The notes under the pieces were generated by a model. It had not been told where the DNA came from, ran no database searches, and saw only the letters and a program-made list of their open reading frames with translations. A stretch of DNA of 64,000 bases, taken from an uncultured delta proteobacterium. GTDB lineage: Bacteria > Desulfobacterota > Binatia > UBA9968. Numbering within the stretch: the first letter of the stretch is position 1; each line of letters begins with the position of its first letter. The position numbers and the translations under genes are program-made. The DNA lies in the NCBI GenBank assembly GCA_963727625.1, contig CAVSHR010000005.1, positions 352,001-416,000 of the forward strand, in the 5' to 3' direction. Below, piece after piece: positions 18,880-28,364 of the stretch.

Positions 18880-21728
18880 CTATTCATGGCGGTGCGCCGC
18901 GGGAAATCCGGACCTGTCACGCAAGAGTTGTTGGAACTGCCCGCTTTCATTCAGCGCTTGGCCGAAACGCTCGCCGATGATTCTGTTTGCCGCCGGTGTG
19001 CAGTGGCTGCTGTCCTCGAAATACTCTCTCGTCGCAGGGAGCGCCCCAGCCACGTCAACGAGCACGGCACCGCTCTGCGAAGCGATTTCACGACAAACCC
19101 GATTGAACTCGTCCTTCACGTCGAGCAGGGCGGAAATCGACATGTAGGGCTGGTAGTACAGCCTCGAGCCGGCGGACCAGATTTGATGCAACCTCCGCCG
19201 ATCCCGCCGTATCCTCGATTCCCGCGTCAAGAGGACGACGATAGATACGCCATTCTGGATTTCGTCTATAATATCGCTATAGCCGCATAGAATAATTTTA
19301 AACTCTATGGTTCGTGCGGCTCAAATATCAGTTTTCCGCGGTCGCTCAACGCCCGGACTTGACGGAGATGAATGACGAGGTTCTTCTCGATGAGACCGAG
19401 CAAGGGCGACCATTGACCGAGCCGGCTCAAAACATAGTGGACCCCGGAATAACCAATCTTCCTCCGCGCCCAGTCGGCAGAACTACCGCCCGTGCCCGGA
19501 GCAAGAGCGACGACGTCGGGTTGGAACTTCGAAATCGATTCGCGATACTCGGACTCCCACCTGGGTAATGCCGTTTCCTGGTATCGCCGCATTGATGTAG
19601 TCGCAGGAAAACCCGCCATGTGCTCGGCGCAGCGTTTCGATCGCATGGAACGGCCAAGTCGTCTCGTTACCGCCACTCCAGGAACCGAATGTCAGCGAAT
19701 CACCCAGGAACGCGAACCGAATTGTTCCCGCAGACTTTTGCAAGGAAATATCGGGACTTCGGTATCCGTGCGAGTTCGCTACGACGGAACCAGACCCGGC
19801 ACCGGGTCTCATTCGGCGCAGGCCGGTATCCTTGTCCAGCGCAAATAAATCAAACACCTCCTTTTCAGACGCCCTCGATTTTCTATTAAACTTCTTCTTG
19901 CCGGATTGGCTGTTGCCGCGGTGGCGTGGAACTCGATCGTCGATCGTGAGCAACGGCAGGTCCGGGCTTCGCCCGGTTCGGGCCTTGCCTTCGAGCCCTT
20001 CGATTTTGGCGGCCATCGTCCGCAGCGTGCTTGCGTCACTGAATACAGCTTCAAGGCCTAATTCAACATGAAACAGATATTGACGCAAAAGGTTAATCTG
20101 CCCGGAGCATCGGATGAAAAAATCATCGTTTGATAGACTAGTTGACTGTAATAGTGCCTTCCAGAGCGTCTCAAGTTTGGCCTCAGTCGGGCTGGCCGCC
20201 CCATCGGCAAGCAAGCCCTGATGGTCGAGAAACCGATGTGGCCGCGGATTCAACGTCTCGAAGAGCTGGACAACCTGTTGCCTTCGTATCTTGCCCGAAG
20301 GTCCCCTCGGGATTTGCTCGACGAACACAAATGCCCGGGGCCATTTGAATGGATCGAGCCGATTGCGAAGATACCCTGATAAGCCCTGTTCTGTCACGTG
20401 CGAATTCGGCGTGACAACGATCGCCGCGCCAACGACCTCGCCCAGCGTCGGATGCGGGACGGCAAATGCCGCCGCATCGGAAATTTCCGGATGGGCAAGA
20501 AGCGCTTCGTCCACCTCGACGGGCGCGATCTTCTGTCCGCCCCGATTTATCATCTCCTTGGTTCGGCCGACGAGCGTCAGGTAGCCATCCTCGTCGAAGA
20601 AGCCCACGTCGCCGGTTCGGTACCACTCGCCGGAAAAGGCCGACTCGATCGCCGATGCACTGTGATCGTACCGATCGAACACGTTGGCGCCGCGAACGAT
20701 CACCTTCCCCCGCTCGCCATTTACCATAGGACTTCCATCGTCATCGACGATCAAGACATTGCTGTGGAGGGTCGGCGGGCCGACGGTTCCATGCTTACGG
20801 CGCCTCGGCGGCAACGGATTCCCGCAAATGCGTCCCGACTCGGTCGACGAGTAGGCTTCGATGACGGGCACGCCGAAGATCTTTTCCAGTCCGGCCGAGA
20901 TATTCGGGTGAATAGCGGATTTGACGAACAAAGGCAAGCTTTGATCCTGCGAGTGGGATAGAGCGAAGTATTTCCATTTCAAGTTTTCGGACGAGTCTGC
21001 TTGTTATAATGGCGAATATAACGCATGAGCTTATCTCTTTAGGCCGGGCAAGAAGTGAACACACCGCGGGCGATGAGCGCATCGCGCATCGAATCCGGAC
21101 AGAAACAGCCCCTTCATTCGGTGTGAAACAGGAGCGGCTGCTCGTCGCGCACGAGAAATGTCGATTCAGAACCGACACCAAATGGCGATGGCGCAGGGGA
21201 ACTAGTTTTGCGGCGCTGGTCGAGCCCGATGTGCCGAAGATAAAAGCAATATCGTTCGAGCACGTGACCGTGGCAGCAGCGTCATCCGCCGGAGACGGTA
21301 GGTCAAGCTCAACATGGCCCGCTGCGTCACCGGCCTGTCCGGATCGAACGTCGATGACCCTCAGTCCGGTGGCGCGCGCGATTTCGCGAACGGGTGTGTC
21401 GAGCCGCGCGTCGACCAGGACACCATCGATCCGGCTTGCAACGAGGTAACTGGCAAGGTCGGTTACCGGAACCTCGTCGCTCAGTGGCATCGCAATCGCG
21501 CGGTTCACGACACCAAGAAGTGTTGTGATCATCTCCGGGCCGCCTCGATGGACAAGCGCGAGGCGGCGCGGAACGAGCCCTGGCTTGCAGCTGGCGCGCG
21601 ATGCGACTGTGACACAGCGAGATCGCGGCAGCTCGTCGCGCTTGTCTTGGCTGCGATGCGCGGCGTCCGGCACGGCGATCGCCAATCACGGATCAGGTCG
21701 CCGATGATGCCGACAGCGACGTTCTCAT
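18880..21728 (-). pseudogene. Frameshifted adenylation domain - carrier protein - SGNH hydrolase fusion
   Basis: Collinear fragments in at least four frames. A domain: GTSGST, EAYSSTE, WYRTGD, GRTKEMINRGG, PSGK. Carrier-like, lacking GGDS: LETLW...DDFF...TLRTMA. SGNH blocks: FLGDS, NAAIPG, DSSH. Confidence 0.75.
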
Positions 21729-22029
21729 GACCCTTGTACTGGCGCGTATACACAGTAAATTAAACCACCTTCTGACCGGAGCTATATCGCCGCACCGGCG
21801 AACCGTCAACGTACGAGAGATTGATTGAGATACACCGCCGGTGCTCTAAATCCGAGTCGCATGTCATAGAAGTCTACTAACACACAGCGACGGCACATCG
21901 AGCGGTGTCAAACGAGGTAAAAGGACAGGGTAGGCCAGCGGTAGACCAAGACAGAAGCGCGGGATGGAGATTCGCCTCCGGAACAAAGGTGGAGATGCGA
22001 TAGATATAGTTAGGAGATTAGGTGATTTG

Positions 22030-22720
22030 TTTGTGGTCAGTTGCGAACAACGCTCGACCATGTTGAGCCAGGAGCTGGAAGTCGGCACAAAGTGCATATG
22101 GAATCGCGGGTGACGTTTGAGCCACGCTTTAACCTTGGGGTTTGTGGGTGGAGTAATTGTCGACGATCAAATGCAGGTCCAATGCGGGCACGGTCTTCAG
22201 ATCGATCAGCTTCAAAAACTTGATCCACTCCTGATGGCGGTGACGATCCATGCAGGTTCCAATGACGCTTGCTTCGGTTATCTCCAGAGCGGCATAGAGA
22301 GTCGTGGTGCGATTGCGTTTGTGATCGTGGGTTATGGTTCCAGTCCTTGCGTGAAAGGGCATCCGGGTTGGGTTCTGTCCAATGCTTGAACCGATGTTTC
22401 CTCATCGGCGCACAACACCAGCGCATGTTCGGGAGGGTTCAAATACAAGCCTACCACATCGATGACTTTCTCGGCGAACTTTTTGTCCCGGCTCACTTTG
22501 ACCTCTTGGCCAAATGCGGCTTAGTCTGCTGGCTTGCCAGACCCGGTGAACCATCGATTTGTCGATCCCAAGACTCTCGGCCAACGTCCTCACGCTCCAG
22601 TGCGTGGCGTCAGCGGCTTACTTTGAGTGGTCCTCTCGATAATCAAAGGAGCCATTCGTTCTCGCTCCTGGCCTGCGCCCACCCCGTGGAAGATCCCAAT
22701 CCCGCCAACCGGCGAAACGC
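22030..22720 (-). mobile_element. IS630-family transposase relic (frameshifted, truncated)
   Basis: Fragments in different frames: [48 protein letters not shown] and HFVPTSSSWLNMVER. Ends not defined. Confidence 0.85.
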
Positions 22721-22884
22721 GGGCGGGAGGCGGGGGCGATTTCGGTGATCTGGGTTATCGGTTTCTCCTTGCGTGCGATTTATGAAGCTGCTGAGCGAGA
22801 ACAGCTCCAACGATCACGTTTTCTTTTTATATAGTGCGCTACTGCATGGAACTCTCCTCCGAGTTAGACGAAGGATAAGTCCCG

Positions 22885-23115
22885 TTAATTCAGAGACACT
22901 ACACTAGTATGCGCATCAGCTGACGTCGACTTTTTCGACATTCGCAAGTTTATCGAAGCGCCGTTATTGATGTAATCGCGCAGCACCGTCTTGCCGGTTT
23001 CCACGTCTCCAGAGAGCAGAGCATCGACGGCCTCTTTCAATAGGGCCTCGCGGAACGCCGCGTCACGGCGCGCGCGCTCCTGAATGGTTTCTTGGACTTC
23101 TCTGGTCAACGCCAT
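22885..23115 (-). pseudogene. Truncated addiction-module antidote / HTH regulator
   Basis: MALTREVQETIQERARRDAAFREALLKEAVDALLSGDVETGKTVLRDYIN matches the N-terminal half of this family. The HTH half and a toxin gene are absent. Confidence 0.7.
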
Positions 23116-23176
23116 ATCACCGCTGCTCTCTCTTGGTCGGGGATTGGGGTTAGACATCAGCTCTACAAGATTTACT

Positions 23177-24154
23177 CTACCGAAGCGCCGTTCTGAGCAC
23201 CCGCATCATGTTGCCGCCGAGAATCTTGCCGATGCTTTCGGCCGAATAGTTTCGTCCAGCGAGTTCGGCCTGCAGGTTTTCCCGGTCGAGGAGTTTGGCG
23301 CCGATGTTGTCGCGGCGGTAGATGCGGTCCTCGCTCCAGTCGCGTTTTTCGAATTCCGCCGCGAACGACGGCAGGTACGGCGCGATGCGTTTGGTGTCTT
23401 TGTACGAGCGGTGCCAATCGTCCTGGGCCGATACTCCGACATGGTCGATGCCGACGAGTTTCACGCAATAGTCGATCCAGTCCGCATACTCGCTGACGCT
23501 CGTGTTCGCGCGCACGTCCTGGCAAATCACCCCGCCTTTTTTCGCCGCGGCGACGATCAACGAATCCGGTGCGCTGCGGCTTCGTTGGAACAGGTTTCGG
23601 CTCGTCGAGTGGCTGAAGATCACCGGCTGCTCGGAGGTTTCCAATGCTTCCATCGCCGTGCGGTCGCCGGCGTGGGACAAATCAATGACGATACCGAGTT
23701 GGTTCATCCGTCGGATCGCTTTCTTGCCAAGAGAAGTGAGGCCGGTATCGACTTCACTCGCATAGCCGCAGCCGTAGTAGCTGTTTTCATTGAAGGCCAG
23801 CGCGAGACAGCGCAGGCCGAGATCGAAGAAGGCGTCGAGCAAGCGCAGGCTATCGCTCAGCGCTTTGGGATTTTGCAGGCCGAGTAGCACGCCGACCTTG
23901 TCTCGATTCTCCTGCCGATCGAGATCGGCGGCGCTCCGCAGAATGTAGGCGTGGGGATGGTCGCGCACGACCGATTTGACCATCTCGAAATTTTCGATGC
24001 TTTCGAGCGCATCGTCCCAGGTGAGATTGGCGGTGCAGCCGACGACACGAACACACTGCTCGTGCAATTGATCGAGAAACGCCGGCGAGAGATCCTCCGG
24101 CCAGGGCGCGCCGAGGCAATTGACGATCTGTTCCTGTGTGCCGACGGAACTCAT
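23177..24154 (-). CDS. Membrane dipeptidase (peptidase M19)-like protein
   Basis: DTGLTSLGKKAIRRMNQLGIVIDLSH, PVIFSHS, GIDHVG and KILGGNMMR motifs. Start trimmed to ATG 24154 (GAGGTG RBS). Confidence 0.85.
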   Translation of the reverse strand: MSSVGTQEQIVNCLGAPWPEDLSPAFLDQLHEQCVRVVGCTANLTWDDALESIENFEMVKSVVRDHPHAYILRSAADLDRQENRDKVGVLLGLQNPKALSDSLRLLDAFFDLGLRCLALAFNENSYYGCGYASEVDTGLTSLGKKAIRRMNQLGIVIDLSHAGDRTAMEALETSEQPVIFSHSTSRNLFQRSRSAPDSLIVAAAKKGGVICQDVRANTSVSEYADWIDYCVKLVGIDHVGVSAQDDWHRSYKDTKRIAPYLPSFAAEFEKRDWSEDRIYRRDNIGAKLLDRENLQAELAGRNYSAESIGKILGGNMMRVLRTALR

Positions 24155-24165
24155 CTTGTTCACCT

Positions 24166-25161
24166 CTATTTGATTCGATACGCCCGCGTTGCCGTGTCGT
24201 GAAACAACGCGGCGCGCTCGGCAGCGGAAAAGTTTTTGCTGATTCGTTTGAAGGCGTTCCACACGACGACGTAAGAATTCGAACGCTTTTCGACAGGGAA
24301 ATTGCTTTCGAACATGCAGCGCTCGACGCCGAACTTCTCGATGCAGTATTCGAAGTAGGGCTTTAATATACCGGCGATCTCTTCCGATGACGGCGGCACC
24401 GCGCGCTGATGCCAGTCGTAGCCCGACCGCGCCGAGCCGACGCCGCCGAGTTTGACGACGATGTTGGGACAGCTCGCGACCTCGGCGATCCCTCGGCGCC
24501 ACAATTGAAAGACTTCATCGCGCCGGCCGGCGTAGGGGCCTACGCCCAGGGGCGCGCCGATGTGATTGAGAATGATCGTAACATCGGGAAACGCTCGCGC
24601 CAAAGCGGTGAGCTCCGGGAGCTGGGGATGATAGAGCCAGGCGTCGAAGGTCAATTTGAATCTTTTGAGCCATGCAAATCCGCTGCGGAATTTGCCATCC
24701 GCCAACATTCCCGGTGGCGCTTCGCTGCGCAGCGCGGCGCTGGCGTCCCAGGTCGTCGAGTAGCGGATGCCACGGAAACGGTTCGGGCTTGCCGTCATGT
24801 GCGCTTCGAGCACAGGCGCGACGGCATCGCCCAAGGTGAGGTCGGCAAAGCCGACGATGCCGGCGGCGATACGCGTCGTGATGGACGGATCCGATGCAAC
24901 ACGGCCAGCTATCTCGTCAAGAAATGTGACTTCGCCGATCGGCTTGATCTGCTCGGGTCCATTTTTGTGGTAACCGTAGCCGCATTCGACGGCTACCGTC
25001 GAACTGATGCGATGGCCACTGCGAAGATCGACGAGCAAGTCGTTCAATAGGTAACGCTCGCGCGGCCGCTGCCAAAGATGGTGGTGTGCGTCGCAGATCG
25101 GCATGTCGGGCTCTAACGCGGCTTCGCTGACTGCTCCAGGGTTGCGATTTTCCATTGCCAT
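24166..25161 (-). CDS. Amidohydrolase family protein (lactonase-like)
   Basis: ICDAHHHLW, FRGIR, FDAWLYHPQL, LNHIG and CMFESNFP motifs. Confidence 0.9.
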   Translation of the reverse strand: MAMENRNPGAVSEAALEPDMPICDAHHHLWQRPRERYLLNDLLVDLRSGHRISSTVAVECGYGYHKNGPEQIKPIGEVTFLDEIAGRVASDPSITTRIAAGIVGFADLTLGDAVAPVLEAHMTASPNRFRGIRYSTTWDASAALRSEAPPGMLADGKFRSGFAWLKRFKLTFDAWLYHPQLPELTALARAFPDVTIILNHIGAPLGVGPYAGRRDEVFQLWRRGIAEVASCPNIVVKLGGVGSARSGYDWHQRAVPPSSEEIAGILKPYFEYCIEKFGVERCMFESNFPVEKRSNSYVVVWNAFKRISKNFSAAERAALFHDTATRAYRIK

Positions 25162-25179
25162 TCTATGGTATCTCCAACT

Positions 25180-25207
25180 GTAGGGACGACCGGCCGGTCG
25201 CCCCTAC
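25180..25207. repeat. GTAG-type REP palindrome
   Basis: GTAGGGACGACCGGCCGGTCGCCCCTAC is a near-perfect palindrome bounded by GTAG/CTAC. Confidence 0.75.
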
Positions 25208-25269
25208 GATGCTATCGTGGTGGTGAGATTGCTGTGCATGTAAATTGAACATCGCCATTGATGGTCACA

Positions 25270-25300
25270 TGTAGAGGCGGGTTTAAAACCCGCCTCTACA
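25270..25300. repeat. GTAG-type REP palindrome
   Basis: TGTAGAGGCGGGTTT-A-AAACCCGCCTCTACA has perfect 15-bp arms. Confidence 0.8.
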
Positions 25301-25328
25301 CCCATATTTTCGGTTCGTAATTGCGCCG

Positions 25329-26654
25329 CTAGCGGATCCGCCATGCACGCGGCAGAACGAGGTGGACGGCCAACATGGCGGCGGCACCCGCCGCCCCCAT
25401 CAGCGCCACCGCCCATTGCGTGCCGCACAGCACAGCCAACCAGCCGATCGCCATGCTGCCTGCGGTCATCACGACTTGCCCCATGTGAAACAACGCGATC
25501 GCCCGGCCGCGAAATTCCGGCGGCGAGTAGGTTTGAATCACCGTCTGCACCAGCGCGTGAGAGCAAACGTTGGCGAAACCGACCACGATCATCAACGCCA
25601 TCGACAGCTGAAACCACGGCGAACCGGCAAAAGCGACCACGCTCAAGCCATAGAGCACGACACCGCCGAGCATGAACAATCCTCTCGGCATCCTATCGCC
25701 AAAAGTGGTGATAATCGCGGCGCTGCCCAGAGCTCCGATGCCCATGGCGGTGAGCAGAAAACCTTGACCGGTGGCGCCGACGTTAAAAATGTCCCGGGCG
25801 AATACCGGCAAGAGCGCCGTGAACGGCACGATTAACAATGAGGCAAACATGGTGATCAGCAGACCGGCGCGCACGGTTTCGTTGCGCCAGCTGAACATCC
25901 AGCCTTCGATAATACTCCGACCGAAAGAAACCGCGTGCGCAGACTGTTTGCCGCCGCCCTGAGCCGTTTGCTCGGTGGCCTGGAGTCGCAGCGTCCAATA
26001 GGTCGCGAGCAGATAAAAAATCGCCTGGGTCCCGTAGGCTCCGCCGGTGCCGAATAAAGCGATGAGCACGCCCGCTAGCGCCGGACCGGTGCTTCTCGCC
26101 ACGTTGAAGATAACCGAATTCAGGCCGATCGCATTGGTCAAACTTTTCAGCGGCACCACATCGCTGATAATCGCGGCGCGCGACGGCTGCTGAAAGGTCT
26201 GCACGATCGCCATGCCGAAGGCGGTGACGTAAACATGCCAGGGTTCGATGCGTCCGGCGAAAATCAACAACGCCAACGCGGCGAACATTGCGCCATTGAT
26301 GATCTGGGCGATTAAAATCTGCGTCTTGCGCGAATAGCGGTCGGCGGCGCTGCCGGCGATCGGCGACAGCAGGAGAATCGGGATGGCCTGAACGCCGCGC
26401 ACCAAACCCAACTGCACGGTGGAATCGGTCAGCTCATAAATCAGCCAGCCGCGCGACACCTGGTCCATCCAGAAACCCATGGAAGTAAAGACATGGCCGA
26501 ACCAGAGCAGCCGGAAGTTTCGATGCTGCAGCGATGTAAGCGCGCGCCATCGCAGCAGCGCGTTGAGCGGCGACCATGATCCCGGAGCCGCTTCGGCGAC
26601 GCCCGCCACAGCCTCCGCGTCAGGCGCATTGTTATCGATGGGCGGGCGGGGCAT
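25329..26654 (-). CDS. MFS transporter (MFS_3 family), tandem paralog A
   Basis: SLQHRNFRLLW, AGSAADRYSRK, about 12 TM segments. GGAG RBS before ATG 26654. Confidence 0.9.
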   Translation of the reverse strand: MPRPPIDNNAPDAEAVAGVAEAAPGSWSPLNALLRWRALTSLQHRNFRLLWFGHVFTSMGFWMDQVSRGWLIYELTDSTVQLGLVRGVQAIPILLLSPIAGSAADRYSRKTQILIAQIINGAMFAALALLIFAGRIEPWHVYVTAFGMAIVQTFQQPSRAAIISDVVPLKSLTNAIGLNSVIFNVARSTGPALAGVLIALFGTGGAYGTQAIFYLLATYWTLRLQATEQTAQGGGKQSAHAVSFGRSIIEGWMFSWRNETVRAGLLITMFASLLIVPFTALLPVFARDIFNVGATGQGFLLTAMGIGALGSAAIITTFGDRMPRGLFMLGGVVLYGLSVVAFAGSPWFQLSMALMIVVGFANVCSHALVQTVIQTYSPPEFRGRAIALFHMGQVVMTAGSMAIGWLAVLCGTQWAVALMGAAGAAAMLAVHLVLPRAWRIR

Positions 26655-26702
26655 CGCCAACTCCGGTGCTATATCGACGAAGAAAATATTTCATTTTCGT
26701 CG

Positions 26703-26732
26703 GCTATAACACGCGGCCTCGACCGCCGTCCA
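26703..26732 (-). promoter_or_regulatory. Putative promoter of MFS paralog A
   Basis: Minus strand reads TGGACG-N18-TATAGC with an extended TG. The same motif precedes paralog B. Confidence 0.55.
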
Positions 26733-26913
26733 GCCATGCGGTGATGGTTGAAAAAAATTGTTGTTTACCGCGTTTTGCTTAATTGCCGGCCGTGAAAATA
26801 GTTGACCGATCTGGCGATCGCCGGGAGCGCCGGTTCATCCGCCTCTGGAGACTGATTCACAAAGCTCTTGGGCGCCATGATCTGGAACTATAGACGGGCG
26901 AAGCTACTTTCGG

Positions 26914-28341
26914 TCATTGGATCTGGCGAGCCCGCGGCGCGGCAAAGAATAGAATGACCATGCACAATGTGCCGGTAATGGCCATCGAGGCGGCGGCTTT
27001 CGGCGCACCGATCAGCGCCGACAAAGCCCCGACGAACAGTCCACCGAGCAGGAGCAATACCTGCGTCATATGAAAAATCGACATGACGCGGCCGCGAATT
27101 TCCGGCGGCGAGTAAAATTGGAGCACGGTTTGCACCAGCGCGTGGGAACTGACGTGACAGAGGCCGATGATCGCCATCAGTATCATCGACAGCGGAAACC
27201 AGCGCGATGCCGCGAAGATCACCACCAGCACGCCGTAGACTGCGACGCCGCCGAGCATGATCAAGCCGCGCGGCATGCGGTCGCCGAGCGTGGCGATCAA
27301 CAGGGAGCTGCATAGCGCGCCGATGCCCATGGCGGTAAGGAGAAGTCCTTGGCCTTCCGCGCCCACCACCAAAATATCTCGGGCAAAAATCGGCAACAGG
27401 GTCGAAAAAGGAATCATGAATAACGCGGCGATCACCACCACCAGGATTCCGGTGCGGATGATCTCGTTGTGCCAAGCGAATTTCCATCCTTCGAAAATGC
27501 TCTGCACGAAGGATTCATCGTGCTTGCCGGCGCGCCGCGCGGAGGCTTCGGAATAGAGCTTCGAGCTCATCTGCACGGTCCACACGGTCGCCATAAGAAA
27601 GAACACCGCCTGCACCGCGTAGGACATGCCCGTACCGAAGAGCGATATCAGCACGCCGGCGAGCGCCGGCCCGGTGCTCCGCGCCATGTTGAAAACCACC
27701 GCGTTGAGGCCGATGGCGTTGGTCAAAATCTTGGTTGGCACCGTGTCGGAAATCATCGCCGCCCGCGACGGCTGCAAAAACACTTGCACGCATGCCATCA
27801 GTACCGCGGTCACGTAAACATGCCATGGCCGGATCAGGCCGGTAAAAATCAATGCCGCGATGACGGTATACAAGAAAGCGTTGGCGAATTGCGCGCCGAC
27901 CACCTGGAACTTGCGCGAGTAACGGTCCGCCGTGCTGCCCGCGACCGGTGAGAGCAGCAAAAAGGGAATCGCTTGAATGCCACGCACCAGGCCGAGTTGA
28001 AACGCCGAATCGGTGAGCTCGTAGATCAGCCACCCGCGCGTCACCTGATCCATCCAGGTGCCCATGGAGGCGAACACCTGGCCGTACCAAAGCAAGCGAT
28101 ACTCGCGATAGCGCAGCGCCTCGAAGGCGCGCAGCCGCACGATGGCGGAGAGCGGATACCAGAGTTTTTCGTCCGGCGCGACGCCGCCGTCCTGGGCAGC
28201 CGCCCCGGCCTTTTCTGGCTTTGTAGATTCCGATTGCAGTACAGACTCCGACCGGCCGAAGGAGACGAGCAGGCTCGATGACCTAGAGCGCGAGTGTAGA
28301 ATTTCTTCCTGGCTATAACACGCGTGTGGATCGGCGTCCAC
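26914..28341 (-). CDS. MFS transporter (MFS_3 family), tandem paralog B (true start probably near 28240)
   Basis: Highly similar to paralog A (WMDQV-x-RGWLIYELTDS, SHALVQTV, YSPPE-x-RGR). The ORF's first codons overlap the promoter motif, so the listed start is likely too far upstream. Confidence 0.88.
   Translation of the reverse strand: MDADPHACYSQEEILHSRSRSSSLLVSFGRSESVLQSESTKPEKAGAAAQDGGVAPDEKLWYPLSAIVRLRAFEALRYREYRLLWYGQVFASMGTWMDQVTRGWLIYELTDSAFQLGLVRGIQAIPFLLLSPVAGSTADRYSRKFQVVGAQFANAFLYTVIAALIFTGLIRPWHVYVTAVLMACVQVFLQPSRAAMISDTVPTKILTNAIGLNAVVFNMARSTGPALAGVLISLFGTGMSYAVQAVFFLMATVWTVQMSSKLYSEASARRAGKHDESFVQSIFEGWKFAWHNEIIRTGILVVVIAALFMIPFSTLLPIFARDILVVGAEGQGLLLTAMGIGALCSSLLIATLGDRMPRGLIMLGGVAVYGVLVVIFAASRWFPLSMILMAIIGLCHVSSHALVQTVLQFYSPPEIRGRVMSIFHMTQVLLLLGGLFVGALSALIGAPKAAASMAITGTLCMVILFFAAPRARQIQ
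28312..28340 (-). promoter_or_regulatory. Putative promoter of MFS paralog B
   Basis: Minus strand reads TGGACG-N17-TATAGC. It shares CGCGTGTTATAGCC exactly with the copy at about 26.7 kb. Confidence 0.55.
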
Positions 28342-28364
28342 TTACGAGTCGAGCCTGACGCTCT

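Noticed and set aside
18880-21728. Functional NRPS biosynthetic cluster
   Set aside because: No condensation domain, the carrier serine motif is lost, there are multiple frameshifts and no tailoring genes.
22885-23157. Active toxin-antitoxin module
   Set aside because: The antitoxin-like gene is truncated before its HTH and no toxin ORF is present.
24154-24502. N-terminal ORF extensions (also 1440-1706, 29745-30083, 37203-37385, 40706-40936, 41667-41816, 57844-57942)
   Set aside because: Most overlap neighbouring genes. Internal starts fit the RBS, translational coupling or family N-termini better, for example MCGI for AsnB.
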